Part shown: piece after piece, positions 47,474 to 63,308 of the stretch
Position numbering within the stretch: position 1 is the stretch's first letter
Layout: every line of letters begins with the position of its first letter
DNA from: Bugula neritina
Lineage: Eukaryota > Animalia > Bryozoa
Direction of reading: 5' to 3'
DNA length: 64,000 nucleotides
NCBI GenBank assembly: GCA_964035545.1
Contig: OZ037772.1
Span: 3,501,538 to 3,565,537, forward strand
The notes under the pieces: generated by a model
What the model saw: only the letters and a program-made list of their open reading frames with translations
What the model was told of the DNA's origin: nothing
Database searches by the model: none
Translations under genes and position numbers: made by a program

Positions 47474-50400
47474 TAGTCTGCACTAAGGCAGGGAGTAGGC
47501 TAAGTAATCATATTGAATCCCAGCAGTGCTTGTTACTTCAACTGGCAGGATTACTGTGTATGATAGTTACTCTGACTGGTTTTCATGGATCATTTTTACC
47601 ATATTGTTTGCCACATGATGCATTGTCTTAGTAAAAACAAGAAAACAAAGAAATATACCAGAAATGTTGAGAAATGTCGTGTTCCAGAATTAATAAATGA
47701 CCACTTGTAATGCATACTGGTGCTGCTTGGTTCATAGGACCTGTCGAACAAGCTGGAGAACCTGGTCTGGATGGCAGAAATGGAAAGACAGGAGAAACTG
47801 CACGAACTGGTATGCCTGGTCCAACCGGCTCAAGGGGGGTCACTGGAGAACCCGGATCTGATGGAAGGTATTTTTTGTGCTTTACTCTACCCTCTTCAGC
47901 TACTTGGAACTTTTTATTTGATTTAGTTTTTATAATTTGTTGTCAATTTTTTCAGAGACGGTTTACCTGGAGTACTGGGTGCTGATGGTAGACCTGGGGA
48001 GCAGGGTGATCAAGGACCTCCTGGCTCCATGGGTCCAGTGGGAATCCCCGGTAACCAGGGACCTGAAGGTGCTCAAGGAGACAAGGGTGATAAGGCAGGA
48101 ACATTCTTTATTCAGTTTTCTATTTATTTCAGTTCTCTGGTTTTCCACTAGTCAATCATGTAGTTGTTTATTTGTTTTAGTTTATTTATGTTAATACTAA
48201 AGTTGCTTCAGTGACATCACATGATGTAATATATTACACAACAATGCAGTATAATACACCATAATATAATATGTTATACAATACAATAATATTACAGAAA
48301 ATATAATTCACTAATATCTCACAGCTAAGGTGTGTCTCCTAAATATATTCATTACTATAGGGACCAGCTGGGCCACAGGGTGCTTCTGGACCAACTGGAT
48401 TGTCTGGGCCAACTGGTCCTCAGGGACCCCACGGAGCTTCCGGGAATTCCCGGCGAACAAGGACCTAAAGGTATGAATTAAGTTGAACCAATCTTTGTCC
48501 TTAGTTATTGGCCATCAACAGAATCTTGACTCTAAGAGTTATCCTTCCTAGTAAGAAGGTAAGGCAATTCCTAACTCATGATAATATGAATATCATCTGC
48601 TGTTGTAAGACCCACTGGTTTCCAGGGACCTCAGGGATTCCTCGGAGCTCCCGGTATTGATGGTAAAAGAGGAGATGTCGGATAACTTGGTATTGCTGGA
48701 CCACCCGGGCTACTGGGTGCTGATGGCAAAGAAGGAATTACTGGTTCTTCTGGTGCTATGGGTGCTATGGGACCACCTGGACCTGATGGTGCTAAGGTAA
48801 ACACTTGCACTGTTAACAGGTTATTGTTATTCATCTTGTTAGTTTAGTGGTAATAAACCAATAGTCTGTATTTCTAGGGTGAACAAGGGAGAGATGGGGA
48901 AATGGGTAGTCCCGGTAGACCTGGACCTCCTGGACCACCTGGTGAAGCCCCAGTATTTGGTTAGTTATTAGCAAAACCAAGTTATTGTCCATTACTTGTA
49001 TCTTTTTCATTTTCTTTCAACTGTTTATTGGTAATATTTTGGGAATTTCATCCATAGCCTGTGATTGAAGCTTTTATTTTATTCTACCATGGGTTATGTT
49101 AGGTGCGCCCCCTATGATGATGAGTGCAATGATGTCCAACAGTAAAGTTGTACAAGCAGATGATGTAGGCGCCAACAATGAGCTCTATAATATGTACCTC
49201 AGTGAGTAATGGCCATGATGTGCTTTGATGTTGCCTGCTTTGTAGTGGAAAGGCCTTTTTGAATGCTGTTTTGGAACTCAAATGACAGACTCGTTTCAAA
49301 TTGTTTATGTTTTTGCAGACAAACAATTTTATAATTAACTGCTAGAAACTATTGTAATAAAAATATAGACAGCTGTTGTAATGTATTTCTCCTCCTAGCA
49401 TTGATGATTGACATTCTTTCTTGATGAGTCACCTATTTAGTTCGCTTCTTCAGTCAAATGTTGCTACATTCTGACATATTATATAATGCTGATTTTCTTG
49501 CTGTTAGCTTACATCACTACTTTCACCTTATTTCTCTAGAAATGTAAGTAAGGGACGGGTCCAAAGACAGCCCTGTTATAGAGACTGTAGAGAACTCTTC
49601 ACTGAAAACCAAGAGTTTAAGAGTGGAACTTATTGGGTGAGAGAAGATGCTGATATGTTTCTATTTTCTCTGCTCAGAGGAAATCTGTATCCAAGTCTGA
49701 TGACTGAAATTCTGTGAACATGTTTTATATTCTACAATTACTACTCCTGAGGTGTCAATATCATGTCATGTGAAGTTTCCACAGATATTTAATGTTTAAG
49801 AATAAGAGTTTTCCCATGAGTTGCCTGTATTATATAATTCTGTATATTTAACAGCTGAACAGGTTTTAGAAGTTTTATGTGATGTTTGTATTGTGTTAGT
49901 GTGAAATGGAGAAGTTGTATTCTCTATTGTTTGTTGTCAGGTGGATACAGATGGTGGCTCCATAGCTAATGCTATCCAGGCTTACTGTCGCAAGGAAATG
50001 AAGAGCACTTGTATCAATGTCAAGACCTCTGAGTTCGCCACCAAATCGTACGTCACCCAGCAGCTAGATAATCAGCCATTTGTTGCTTTAAACACATGGG
50101 AACAGCACTCGTAAGTGTTTATCTTGTATCAACCATGACTTTCTCAGTATTATTTTAGAATATCAAAAAGTTTTTTTGTTGAGAATTGTTGCTATAGTAA
50201 CATATTGGTTCCCTGTATGGATGTTGATAAGTGTTGCAATAGTAACATGTTGGTTTCCTGTATGGATTGTAGTTTGAGTATCTGGCAGAGTTTTCCCAAC
50301 TCAACTTTCTTCAAATTCACTCTGAGAGAGCAAACCCAGACTGACAGGCAATAGTCACTGCCAACAGTTTATCAAATAGTCACTAGCTGCTAGTCACCAG

Positions 50401-51339
50401 ATACTAGTCCTCTACTATGTTGCTAGTCACTTGATAATCTGAACAATCACTGGCTTCTTCTTAAGCTGAGCAAGTTGTTGGTATGATTATTCCATTTGCT
50501 GATTGTAGATGTATAAACTCAGTGGCAGTAGAAGACGCATATGGTAGGAAGAATAAGTCAGTCATTTTATATACAGCTGGTGATAAAGAATACACAGCAA
50601 CAGATAGCAGGTTCCAATATTCTGTGCTGCAGGATGATTGCAAGGTATGTAAATCTGACCTATATACTGCAAATCTGACCTATAAAGTGTAAATCTAATT
50701 TATATGGTGCAATTTTGATCTGCACTTGAACATGATTGCGATAGTTGCATCTTTTTTCTGTTAATATGCAATATAGCTTGCCTTTGAGTCTTTTTAATAA
50801 TTACTTATGACTTCAACCCAAAAGCCACTTTGAGTGCTGTACGAGTTTAGAGTTTTGAGTTTGCCTTCTGCCATTTTGTAGTATGCCAAATACTATCAGA
50901 AGCTCAGACAGAGATTGACACCAAGACCCCCACCCACTTGCCTATTATTGACATTGCTCCTGGTGACATCGGGACCACCCACAAAGAGTTTCGGGTTCAG
51001 CTAGGGAGGGTGTTATGCCCCTCCCTGTGACTTTATATATTTAGAAACTGTTGTTAATTTAGTAATTCTGTTGGTGCATTTAACAGACGCTAGTTAGACA
51101 TTCTAGCATAGCAATACATAAATAATGTAAATTTCATAACAAAATCACTCAGCCATACGCAACTATCTGATGCGCATAGCTTGCACTACGTGAAACAATA
51201 TTGTAGTCAATAAAATGAATATATAAGTTTATTATTATATCCGAAATTGTATCAGTACCAAATATAAATACTCTACTTTTCAAAATATTGAGTCCTTTTG
51301 ATTAATTTTTTAATCGTAGAAACTAAACATATATATATA

Positions 51340-51374
<35 letters not shown>

Positions 51375-51679
51375 GCCCAGCTGCATATATATATGCAGCC
51401 CTTATGCAGCCCAGAGAGAAACTCAGTCATCATGAACTTCAATGTAAATAATTTTAATATAAAATAATACATATTATGATATAATATAATATTATATTAC
51501 TCTTTCGGGATAATTATTCTATTTATACTAACACCTGTTTATTTGAAGTACTTTAATAAGTTTTGCTGTAAATTTATTTCTCAAACCAGCATGTCAGTTA
51601 AATATAAAAGTACAATCACACATACAACATGTAGACATGTAGTGATATACATTATAAAGCATATTATATTGGTGAATTG

Positions 51680-52825
51680 CTATACTGTATATTATGTTAT
51701 ACATTATATTATGTTATACAGTATATTATGTTATACAGTATTTTATGTTATACAGTATATTATGTTATACAGTATATTATGTTATACAGTATATTATGTT
51801 ATACAGTATTTTATGTTATACAGTATACTATGTTATACAGTATACTATGTTATACAGTATACTATGTTATACAGTATACTATGTTATACAGTATACTATG
51901 TTATATACAGTATATTATGTCATACAGTATATTATGTTATACAGTATATTATGTTATACAGTATACTATGTTATACAGTATATGCTATGTTATACAGTAT
52001 ATGCTATGTTATGCAGTATATTATGTTATACAGTATATTATGTTATACAGTATATTATGTTATACATTATATTATGTTATACAGTATACTATGTTATACA
52101 GTATATGCTATGTTATACAGTATATTATGTTATACAGTATATTATGTTAGACAGTATACTATGTTAGACAGTATACTATGTTATACAGTATGCTATGTTA
52201 TGCAGTATATTATGTTATACAGTATATTATGTTATACAGTATATTATGTTATACAGTATATTATGTTATACAGTATACTATGTTAGACAGTATACTATGT
52301 TATACAGTATGCTATGTTATGCAGTATATTATGTTATACAGTATATTATGTTATACAGTATATTATGTTATACAGTATATTATGTTATACAGTATACTAT
52401 GTTATACAGTATATTATGTTATACAGTATACTATGTTATACAGTATATTATGTCATACAGTATATTATGTTATACAGTATACTATGTTATACAGTATATT
52501 ATGTTATACAGTATACTATAGTATGCAGTATATTATGTTATACAGTATATTATGTTATACAGTATATTATGTTATACAGTATACTATGTTATACAGTATA
52601 TTATGTTATACAGTATACTATGTTATACAGTATATTATGTCATACAGTATATTATGTTATACAGTATACTATGTTATACAGTATATTATGTTATACAGTA
52701 TACTATGTTATACAGTATATGCTATGTTATACAGTATATGCTATGTTATACAGTATATTATGTTATACAGTATATTATGTTATACAGTATACTATGTTTT
52801 ACAGTATATTTTGTCATACAGTATA
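51680..52825. repeat. 17-bp minisatellite, paralogue of 60-1165
   Basis: Same unit and same flanks. Confidence 0.97.
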
Positions 52826-55800
52826 CAATCATTCACCAGTACCATGTCAGTCAAATAATATAATATAAAGTATATTATGTAGCAACAGCTGGGCTGTGGT
52901 GAAACTCTACCAGTCTAAATTCTTACATGCAGACATGCATATTTAATTAATTCAAACATTTTAAAAATGAACTTAAAACTCAAGAATTTAAAATATGAAA
53001 CAAAATAATGTGTCCTATAAAAATAGCACAGCTTCTTAGAAGCAAGTATTTTACACTTGAACACGCAGAATTTGTACAGCTTATAATGATGACATTGTTG
53101 AATTGATACACACCTCTGATTGGATGAGTTTTACATAATAAAACAATTGTTCATCACTTTTATTATTAGTCTAAGGTTGACAATAATTTACACTGTTATA
53201 GTTATTGGTTGTAAACTGATTAATTCATCATTAAGTACTTGTTTGCTGCTGCCTGGTTTATCACTGCTCATCATGATTTTAATAACAAGGAAATTATCTT
53301 CTCCTGTTGTCTCCAGGTGCTACTGTATTTGACAGGTTTCCCTGTTAATAAAGTAATTTTATACTGTTACTGATCACATCCACAAATACTTGTGTAGGGA
53401 AACAATTGACCTTTTTCTACAACAGGAAAAGAATTGGTAAGACACGTACTAATAATATTACATACTTTATTTCATCAATTCACATATCCTTAATCTAATT
53501 GATTAAAAGTTATTTGCATGTAGGCTGTTTTATAAATTGTTCCTATAAAACTAATTTGAGTGTACCTATACAATACTAGGTTTATATGACTGTAGTATAT
53601 TGCTGAGTGCACATAGACAGTGTCAATAATCGTTACTGTAGACTTTGCTTTTGATGAGTTGGTTGGAAGAATTTACAGTCCAGTTCTTCGTGATGGAAAA
53701 TTTTTATTTGCAGATCAACTCTAGTAGAAAAACTGTTATCTAAAGTTTGTTACTTAAAGTACTATACAAATATTATTAGCAGCTTGACATTTGTTATCAT
53801 TAAGGGGTGTTTAACATAAATATAATACTTGAGATAAACATTCTCATGTGATATAATGTAACCTGAAGTTATATCATATGACTTGACTATTTCTACTAGA
53901 GTTAGGGTGGGTCACCTGACAGCCCACACATATCCATACACTACATTACATACTGTAGGAACACAGGGCTAATCTAATAAGTAAAGAATAGTTGACCCAG
54001 CAGTTAGATACTTTGTTATAGAGACTCTAACTTTCTAATATAGTAGTATATAGAAATAAAAGCAAGAGTGTCCAACCTTTTCAGAGCGAGGGCCACTGCA
54101 TGAAAGCAATTAATACTTCATGTCGAAGGCCATATTGGACATGTTAGCTTTGCTCTGAGGGCCACAGCATCAGTATTTTTAAATTTACTTTATTCCAAAT
54201 TCCTATAAATCACTACACAATAAAGTCCCAATAGTTACTGCAGGCAGTATGTTTTATAGCATGTGTATAAATAGAAAATTAAAAAGATAATCCATGTATA
54301 CATGTGAAAAACAACTTCAGGTTTTTGCCTTTGAGGGCCACATAAATGTAGGCTGGAGGCCACATCCGGCCTGGGCCGCCTGTTGAAAAGCCCTGCTTTA
54401 AACAGTTGGTATATTAGTATGCCAGTGACCTAAAATGTAATGGTCACTCTAGTGTTACTTTACATTTAACACAATACAAATATTGTATATAATAATCTAC
54501 TATACTCCATTAGTATAGTATAGTAATTGTAACCACCTGCAGGATGGTCACATGACCACTGCTACTTCTCAGACAGTTTACTAAATGACAGAATAAGAAG
54601 AATGATGGCTGATCAGATGTATAATAACATAGTTTATCAGTTCACTTGAAGTCTTAAATTATTTTTGTTGAAAGTTAGTTGCTTGCATTTTAAAACTTGT
54701 TATTAAAACTATTATAACTATACAATACAAGGTTTATATGACTGTGGTATATTGCTGAGTACACATTAAATCATAGGCAGTGTCAAAAATAGTTACTGTA
54801 GACTTTGCTCTTGGTGAGTTTGTTGAAAAAATTTACAGTCCAGTTCTTCATGATGGAAAATTTTTATCTACAGATCAACTCTAACTGAAAAACTGTTATC
54901 TAAAGTTTGTTACTTCAAGTACTATACAAATATTATTAGTAACTTGACATTTCTTATCATTAAGGGGTGTTTAATATAAATATAATACTTGAGATAAACA
55001 TTCTCATGTGATATAATGTAGCCTGAAGTTATATCACATGACTTGGCTATTTCTACTAGAGTTAGGGTGGGTCACCCCACAGCCCACACATACAACTACA
55101 ATATACATCCCATGCTGTAGGAACACTGGCACAGCTGAGGCTAGGCTGACTAATAGGTATGGAATAGTTGACCCAGCAGTTATATACTTTGTTATAGAAA
55201 CTCTAACTTTCTAGTATTAGAATATAAATATTACTCTAAAGATTTGGTATATCAGAAAGAGAGTCACTCAACACCAATTAACTTGGTTGTCTCAATCAGA
55301 GCTGCTCTCTGTGTAGTTCAGTTTGTTTTAAAGGTTCTCTGAAGCTTCCCCAGTCTTTATGAGCTCTCTTTAGATATATACAATAGTTTTAATACAATAC
55401 AAAGACAATTATTGTTAACACATGTCAAGTAATAGAACAGGAATAAGGCCTCTCTGGTAGTTATTTGAATATCTACTTAAGAAGTATAACTAAATATACA
55501 ATAATAACTACATATCTAGAAACATGCAGAATATTATACTTGAAGAAATCTCTTGTAACAAAGTATTGTCACATAACTGGAAGATAGAGAAACTATATTT
55601 CTCAATTCAGAACACAATCTGCAATCATCATTCAGTGCTGAAATTAAGCAAAAGCGATGACAGTTGTTATATGAATATAATAATATCATGATGTAAATAA
55701 TGATAATGATATTATATTCATATACCAAATGTCATTGCAGTTCCCTAAGCCAAGCGTAACTGGTTATTGTATGTCACGTGACTCAACAAATACACGCCCC

Positions 55801-57365
55801 TTCCGTTGTAACATTATAACGTCATTGAACACAGTCATTCACACGTTGACTGAAGAGGACTACACATTGATAACTCGGAGGTTAGTAAAACATTTATAGA
55901 CTTAGTTTATCAATAGTCGGCAATCAGTATAAGTGTTACATTTACTACATTGCTATAACTATTAGAATTAGATTCAGTGTTGCAATCAGTTTTAATACCA
56001 CGCTCGCTACCATCATCATTAAATTTATTTAAAATGATTATCTTAACAAGTTGAAGTTATACTTATAGTAGGTTTATTAATATTATTATTTATAACCAGT
56101 GAGTCACTTATCTTTACTTTGTGAATTTATGATTGTAACACTGAATTGCATTATCATCATTATAATTATAATAATAATTATAATTATAATTGCAAGTTTT
56201 TAAATTAATGTTACACTTACTCGATTTGAATATCAGAATATCTTACCACTGGCACTAGTCAGTTATTAATGACAGTGCATAGTGATCACTGCATGTGAGA
56301 CATTGTCATACCCTGCACATTCCAATGCACTGCCCTTCTGTATTGATTGTGAATAGCAAATTTAGTTGGCTTATATTCTTTTACTCAGCTTTGATTATAC
56401 AACTAACATGTACTGCACTGCTCTAATTTATGTAACAACACTAGTTGCTGCTATCTTTACCTCTAAATTTATATCATTTAAAAAACTAACATATTTACAT
56501 GATAGGTATTAAAATTAAAGTTACATAATTGGAATTGACTATTCTATAGATTACTGAGAATATAAGGTTAGCCGCATTTATATGATGTTGTAGACATAAA
56601 ATATGAGGTTAGTGTTAATAAATCATTTGCTAGGTAAGAGTGTAAAATAAATAATTGGCTAGAGGTGAGTGTAGAAGCTGCCAACTCATGAAACAACTAC
56701 ACCTGACCTAACAGAAGCACAAACATGTTAAATTAGTTTGTTTCACACCACCATAGTTTCTATTAGATGATTAGAATAGCAAACTAGCAATTGATGGCAT
56801 GTTTCCTGACAGATGGAAGGGTGACTCTAAGTAACATATTAAATCATGCATCACCAACACTGCAGAAATGTTAAAATGAGTTTTGTCATGTCGATTATCA
56901 AGGAAACAAAGAATTTCCAACACCCAGCACAAAATATTTCATAGAACTATGTTTTCTCACACTGCTATGTTCCCCCTGTTAAGTTTCTCACTCATGCTAT
57001 ACACTCCTTGCTATGTAATAGTTCAAAGTACACCCTGGGAAGGAACAAAGTCTATCCTATGCTCAGGTGTAGACTCTGTCCCAGTAGTGTGTCAAAATAC
57101 TCAGTTAGAAACACATTATTATTGGGAGTTCATGAAATATCCAGCTTATATAAGCAGCTGAGTCAAATTCTGCTGTTTGTTCATAAAAGTAATACATAAC
57201 TCACTGGTATTCATGTTTCACTTCTCCTCTACATTTTGATGGTCTGGTTATGACTTAGAACTTAATAGGCCAGTCTTTGGTTGGGAAACCTTCACAGATG
57301 TAGTGTAAAATATTATGCTAAGAGTATGTGTATCTTTTACAGGATTTCCTTATCATATAACCAAG

Positions 57366-60300
57366 ATGGCAGAATCCAGAGTCGTGAAAAAGAGACTAAA
57401 CAATTCGTATCGCTGTGGGTACTGCTCGCAGTACTTCAACAAACTTGAAGATCCCAGAACTCTGCCCTGTCTCCATGTGTACTGCATGAGATGTTTGAAG
57501 ACTGACATCGGTGGTAGGAAGGATCATATTAGATGTGCTTATTGTAGGTGAGTTACAGTACATAACACAATATATCATATCATAGGCTTGCATATGATTT
57601 TCTCACTATCATCTAGGAGTTGTCTGATCTGTGTATATGAAAAGCAAACAATACTGTATATTCTATGTGAACTCTGGTTACCAACTTGTGGAGTGTGTGG
57701 ATATCTTTTCATTAGGTAGAGAAAGTAACTGTTATGTAGATTACATCATCGGCGGTCCTCTCTTGTTGAATTGTGGTACTGTTGGATATCATGGGATTGG
57801 GGTTGTCTCCTCTTTATATTATTTTGTTCTCATACAGTACAATACTTGTTAGAGCAGTCATTCCCAATCTTTTTCATACCATTCCCACTTTCATACATGT
57901 TTACTGTTGATTCCCCTCCCTTTTGACAATCGGAAATTTTTATGAGTGACAAAATGATAATATAGATTACAATGCAATATTTTTCCATTACATTTAAAGA
58001 CAATATAGTTATTTCTGATAATTATATTATGCATGTGTAAAACACAGAGCAGTTCAATTAATGATATTATGGCTGCAGCTGATGACATTGTACCAGCTTG
58101 CTTTCAAACCTCCCACCCCAACCCTTAAACCCCAACCCCAATATTGTAATTAAAACACATTCATGTAGAAGTAGACTGAGATGGCAGAATTGGTTAAATA
58201 GATAAGCTAAGATGAAGGCTTATAGATATACAGGTACATGTAACTTGCTAGGGCTCAAAAGTCTTCAACAAACTGCTTGAAATTTTTGAAATCAAAATCT
58301 CAGCTCCCCCTAAAAAGCCCAAATTCCCTCTTAGAAGATTCTCCCAAGTTGGGAATCACTGCGTTGGATTGACTTGTGTTTACTATCTTCTTTCCTGTGA
58401 TTATAAACATGTATGATGTTGTCATGACAACAGAGTTGCTGTGGCACAAAGTACAGTTTACTAGTATGTAGTGATTGTGTAGTGAGAGTGGAGTGTCTGG
58501 ATATTGTCCATGGTTATGTGTAATCTGTAAGGAGTAGAATTATATTATTTTAATATAATGTTGAGGTACTTCTATAATGGCAGTTTGCTCAATAGCTTTA
58601 GTTCTAATGCGATAGACTCATAGCTCTGGAGTCTAGCAGCTGCTACTATTACCACTAGCTGTTCAAAATTCGGCCAACATCCGGGCTGCCAAAGTGTAAT
58701 AGCCATTGACAAGGCCAAGCAGTCACTGGGAAATTATTTGACTAAAGAGCAGGTCTTATGACTATTAGTAGTGAGTCCCTTAGACAGGAATCAGTGATTC
58801 TGTGACCTATTTAGTTAAATCCAATGCTGACCTTTTGATTGATTATTAGATAGCCATCACAATTGTATTTGGTACAATATAATATTATTATGGGGTGTCA
58901 ATCAGTGTCTAATATAATCTGTGAATTGAGTGTTTCCTTTAGTTGGTTACTTCTTCTACCATCAGTCAGTTGTATTGAGTGTCTACTTTAGCTTTGATGA
59001 GTTGATTACTTTTTCTACTATCAATTAGTTGTATAATTAGGTGTTACTTTGTATTGAGTGATGAATAGTGTTGAGAATTTAGGCCTATATTATGCCAACC
59101 CCCCCCCCCTCTGACTTAGACTGTGACCCAACCTGCTGCACATACATAGTAGTACTACACTGAAGATAGTCAACATGTGTATATATCATATACATATATA
59201 TATAACATAATTATATATATACATGCATATATCATCCTACTAGTAATGGATTACTAAGTACAAGTTATCCTATGACTCACTCTTCTTATGCTAGCTGCAC
59301 GAGATAGACAACACTCACACGTGACACGCACTCACAGTGCACTAGCTCTTGACACATTGCCAAGGATGATGAAATGACAGTTTCGCGCCACTCCTAGCAG
59401 TTAGAGTGGCAGGGAATAGTTGTAGTATGTTGTAGTATTGGCTCCTCAGAATTCACTCCTCAGTAATTAGTTGCATTGCACAAACTTGCAACAAAAGTGA
59501 ATAATTATTGACAATATGGCCTCCACTCAGTAGTTTAAACTGGTAATTTATCTTATCATTTTACTCTACAAGTTACAGTTGAGTCTGTTTGTTGAGTAGC
59601 AGTTCTTTGTCATGAGTGACTATTTTCCAGCATATTAGGTACATAATATAGTCAAGTGTGTTTGTGTGATAGCCTGTGGTCTATAATATAATGAATGTGT
59701 GTTGATGAGTGATGAGTATTTATTTGAGTATTTGTCAAGGACATAGCTGTGGCCTGTGTGTGTGGATGGAGTATTTCATTACTTGAGATATACTAAACAC
59801 AGCTAACACAGGTAACACACTGATTTCTAATTTTGTAGGAAAGATCACTATGACATAACAGATCCCACTACACTACCAGTAGCTCAGCATGGAGACCCCT
59901 TAGAATACAAGTCTCCACCCAAACCTGCACCCATTCCCTGCGATGTGTGTAAAGGTGGAACACAAGCTGCTGTGTTTTGTATGGAGAGCCAAAAGAAATT
60001 ATGTCAGCAGCATCAAGAAGTGAGTCTTTCTTATGTCATTTCTCAAGATTAGTTAGTAAACCAGTTCTGGTTTGTGTGTAGAATATTATTGAAAAGAAAT
60101 GTTGAGTCTGTGTGACTTTTTATACTAAACGCACAGTTTCACAGTGCAGTGAGTCAACTATGACAGACTTGTTGGTGAAAATACAACCAACTAAACTGTT
60201 GACCTTTATTATACAGAATCACAGAGAGCTGATGGGAGATAGACATCAGTTTATTGACATTGAGGTCTACAGAGCTTCTCCTCAAAGATATACTATAGCT

Positions 60301-63300
60301 GAATGTGAACATCATAAAGAGGAACAGCTGACAGAAGTGTGTTCCAAGTGTCACCAGATATTCTGTATGAGATGTGATATGAGGACTGGCTGTAAGGATA
60401 AGACAGGTATTTACTTGCTGTTTCTATTTCTGTAGAAAGAAGCTGAGAATTATTACAAGAACCTGTTATTTATTATTTTATTATTAAAGTGAGTTATGTA
60501 ACAGTAAAAGAGGAAGTAAGTTTGTCAGCATTAAGGTTTGTGTGAGACAGAAGTGGATAGTGCAGGAGTTTATATTCTCACTGTTATGTTGAATATTTAG
60601 TATATTTCATCCTTCAAGTGTCTGTTCCCTTGATAAGATGGTATAGGCATAGCTTTAACTCAGTGGTGTCCCACCTTTTTCATACCCTCCCTCTTTTTAT
60701 AAATGTTTTCTATTAAGTTTCCCCCCTTTTGAGAAACACTGTAACTTATATTCATAAAGAAAATCAGGGTACAGATTTTTTCCAGAAAAGGCCAGTGTGT
60801 TTGACATGGACCAGTGTCTGCCACAACTTCAGTTTAGTTATAGTTATACATATACATGTAACCTGGAAAACAAGGCAAGAGCTCAAAGAGCTGGTAAACT
60901 GTGTGAACTTTTGAGAAATGAAACCCCTGAAAAGCCCGAATTCCCTGCAAGGGTAATTCTCCCAAGGTTGGGAGCCACTGCTCTAACTTTTTCAATTATA
61001 TTATTCCAAGTGCAGTGATTAATGAGCTAACCTGTGAAATATTTCTAGTCCAACCAACTGTCTAGTAATTACATAGTATGTGTGTAGTGATACATCATCA
61101 ACCTGTAGTTAGAAGTATAGTGATTATTGAGCTAACCAGTGAATATAAATGACATCTTTCTAGTCCAAGTCCAACTGTCTAGTTATTACATAGTATGTGT
61201 GTAGTGATACATCATCAACCTGTAGGTACAGGTAGTAGGTGTAGAATAAGTACAATATCATATCTATAATAATGCTTTTATAAATAGTGTGATTTTATGT
61301 ATACAGAGGAGACAGTAGCATTCCATGACCTGGCATCTTTGAGTGATTTGTCTTGTGAGTTACGAGAAAGTCTGACTGGTGGAATAGAGACTCTGTCTGA
61401 GAAAGTTGCAGAGTTGAATGACATCTCAAAGGATGCCTGGAAAGAACTGAGTAAAATAGAAGATGAAGTGAAGAAGATGGTTGCCAGAGTAAACGCTAAA
61501 GCTGACGCTCAGGTATGCTGACATGGTGATGTCATTTAGTGTATTTCTGTTTGTCTGAAATTGGAATTTGCATTTGGTTTTTGAGTTGTAAATAGAAATG
61601 AATTTCATTTACCACTAGAATTAACTGGCCATTGAAGTATTATCATTTTGTGTACAAGTAGCAGTAGTCATTCATCACATGTTACTCAGTGCAGAGGAAC
61701 CTGTCAATACAGATGACTCACTCATCCTTTTGCAACTGTCAATCACTCACACAGGGAGGTTGGCTGTGTGAGTGATTGACAGGTGTCAGGAGGAGGAGAC
61801 TAGTCACGTGATGTACTAGCTCTCTGCTGTGTATGGAGTGTCACGTGACTGAGTCATTGTCCACTCAGTGGGTGATCTGTTATTTTCATTTCCAGTGTAG
61901 AGGTTGTGAGGTGCAGATGTGGTTACACTGTGTTACTATTTATTAGATAGAAGAGATTAGAAAGAGAGCTACAAACCTGAGGCTAGAAATATATGGATAT
62001 TTGAAGAGCTGCACACAGATAGTGGATAATTATAGAATAGAGCTGGCCTTGAGTAAGACAATGGGCAGACAGTCTCTGCTGGACACAGTACAACATGCAG
62101 TTGACAAGTTCAATGATGCAGAGATTGTGAGAGACTACAAAGAGCTGAGTGAGAAGATGGAAAAGGCTACAGATATTGGTGTAATAGAGAAGTGTGTACT
62201 TCCAGACAGCATCTTGGTACCAACATGTAGGTGGAGTCTATAAATAGTAACACTAACTATAAATAACTTTCTGCTTGTAATCATGTGAGTTGCTTTCACT
62301 GAATATTTAAATAGTAGAATAAGTAGATAGAGTTTATTTATTAGAGAATTGAGTTTTGTTCTACTCTCACATTATGAGACATTTCTGCAGTGTTTCAGAG
62401 TTTATGATGTATAAGTGAGCTGCTAAACTGTGTTATGCTGACTACCTGCTGTCATTATTGACAAGATATTCTCACTTAGACTTGTGCATCACGTAACAAC
62501 TTGTAGTAACTACAGACTGATTGTACTTAAAACATCTTTTAGTTTTAAGTTTGAAAAGCTGTTCCCACCTCCTCAGGTGATGAGATTCTCAAGTTATAGA
62601 ATTGTTATTTTGTTGTTGCAGACAGTGAAGACAGTCTGGGACTGAAGCTGCTGCAGCCACCATCTTCTCTCCAGTCTGATGGACTTCCTGTACGTGACTG
62701 GTGTATCACAGTAAACATCTCAGCTGATGGACATCTTATGTGTGGGACACTAGAAGGTATAGAAGTAATAAATAGAGACACTCTGGATACTATCAGCTCA
62801 GTGAAGGACACCAACACTACAGAGTGGAGGGAGATAATCCAACCTGAAGGGGTGATGGTTGGCAGCTCGTATAACGAAGAGGAGGAAACAGCTGAAGTCT
62901 CACTTCTTGATCCGAACTCCTTTGAGAAGACTCGCTCTCTCTACAAGCAGCCATTAGATGTACTCACTTACTATAGAATAGCTCAGCACGACTCACTGCT
63001 CTATATTGTAGACTACAGAGAGAAGCAGCTGGTAGTCTGTAACCTAGTTGACAATAAAATACAGAAGTTCCCACTTCCTGAGATGAAGAACCCTGTACCT
63101 GTATGCATCCTCCCAGACTCATCTCTCCTCATAGGAGACTGCACTGCAGATGGTAAAGTGAGAAGATATAAAGTGGAGAACACAACTCTCACTCTAATGT
63201 GGGAGTTTCTTCACATCTCAGTACCATCTGGTATTTCCTTTGATCCAACATCTGAACTGATTCACATCTGTACATGGGAAGGACCTCTCCTCATCCTCTC

Positions 63301-63308
63301 ACTTGAAG
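57366..63308 (+). CDS. TRIM/NHL-like protein, copy B (exons 1-6; last exon outside the window)
   Basis: Exons 57366-57547, 59839-60019, 60217-60406, 61307-61512, 61947-62226 and 62622-63308. Lengths and phases are the same as copy A and there are no stops. Confidence 0.92.

Larger units (their letters stand above)
45297..51030 (+). pseudogene. Fibrillar collagen alpha-chain pseudogene (Gly-X-Y exons plus COLFI C-propeptide)
   Basis: Gly-X-Y exons at ~45297, 46385, 47110, 47739, 47957, 48361, 48626 and 48878. COLFI exons encode DCRELFTENQEFKSGTYW, VDTDGGSIANAIQAYC..STCI, QLNFLQIHSERA, CINSVA..RFQYSVLQDDCK and HLPIIDIAPGDIG..KEFRVQLGRV. There are stops (TGA 45312, TAA 48683), frameshifts and many Gly substitutions. 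Confidence 0.9.

Noticed and set aside
57315-57365. 17-aa N-terminal extension of the RING ORF in copy B
   Set aside because: The upstream ATG lies before the splice acceptor (intronic), and copy A has an in-frame TAG there.
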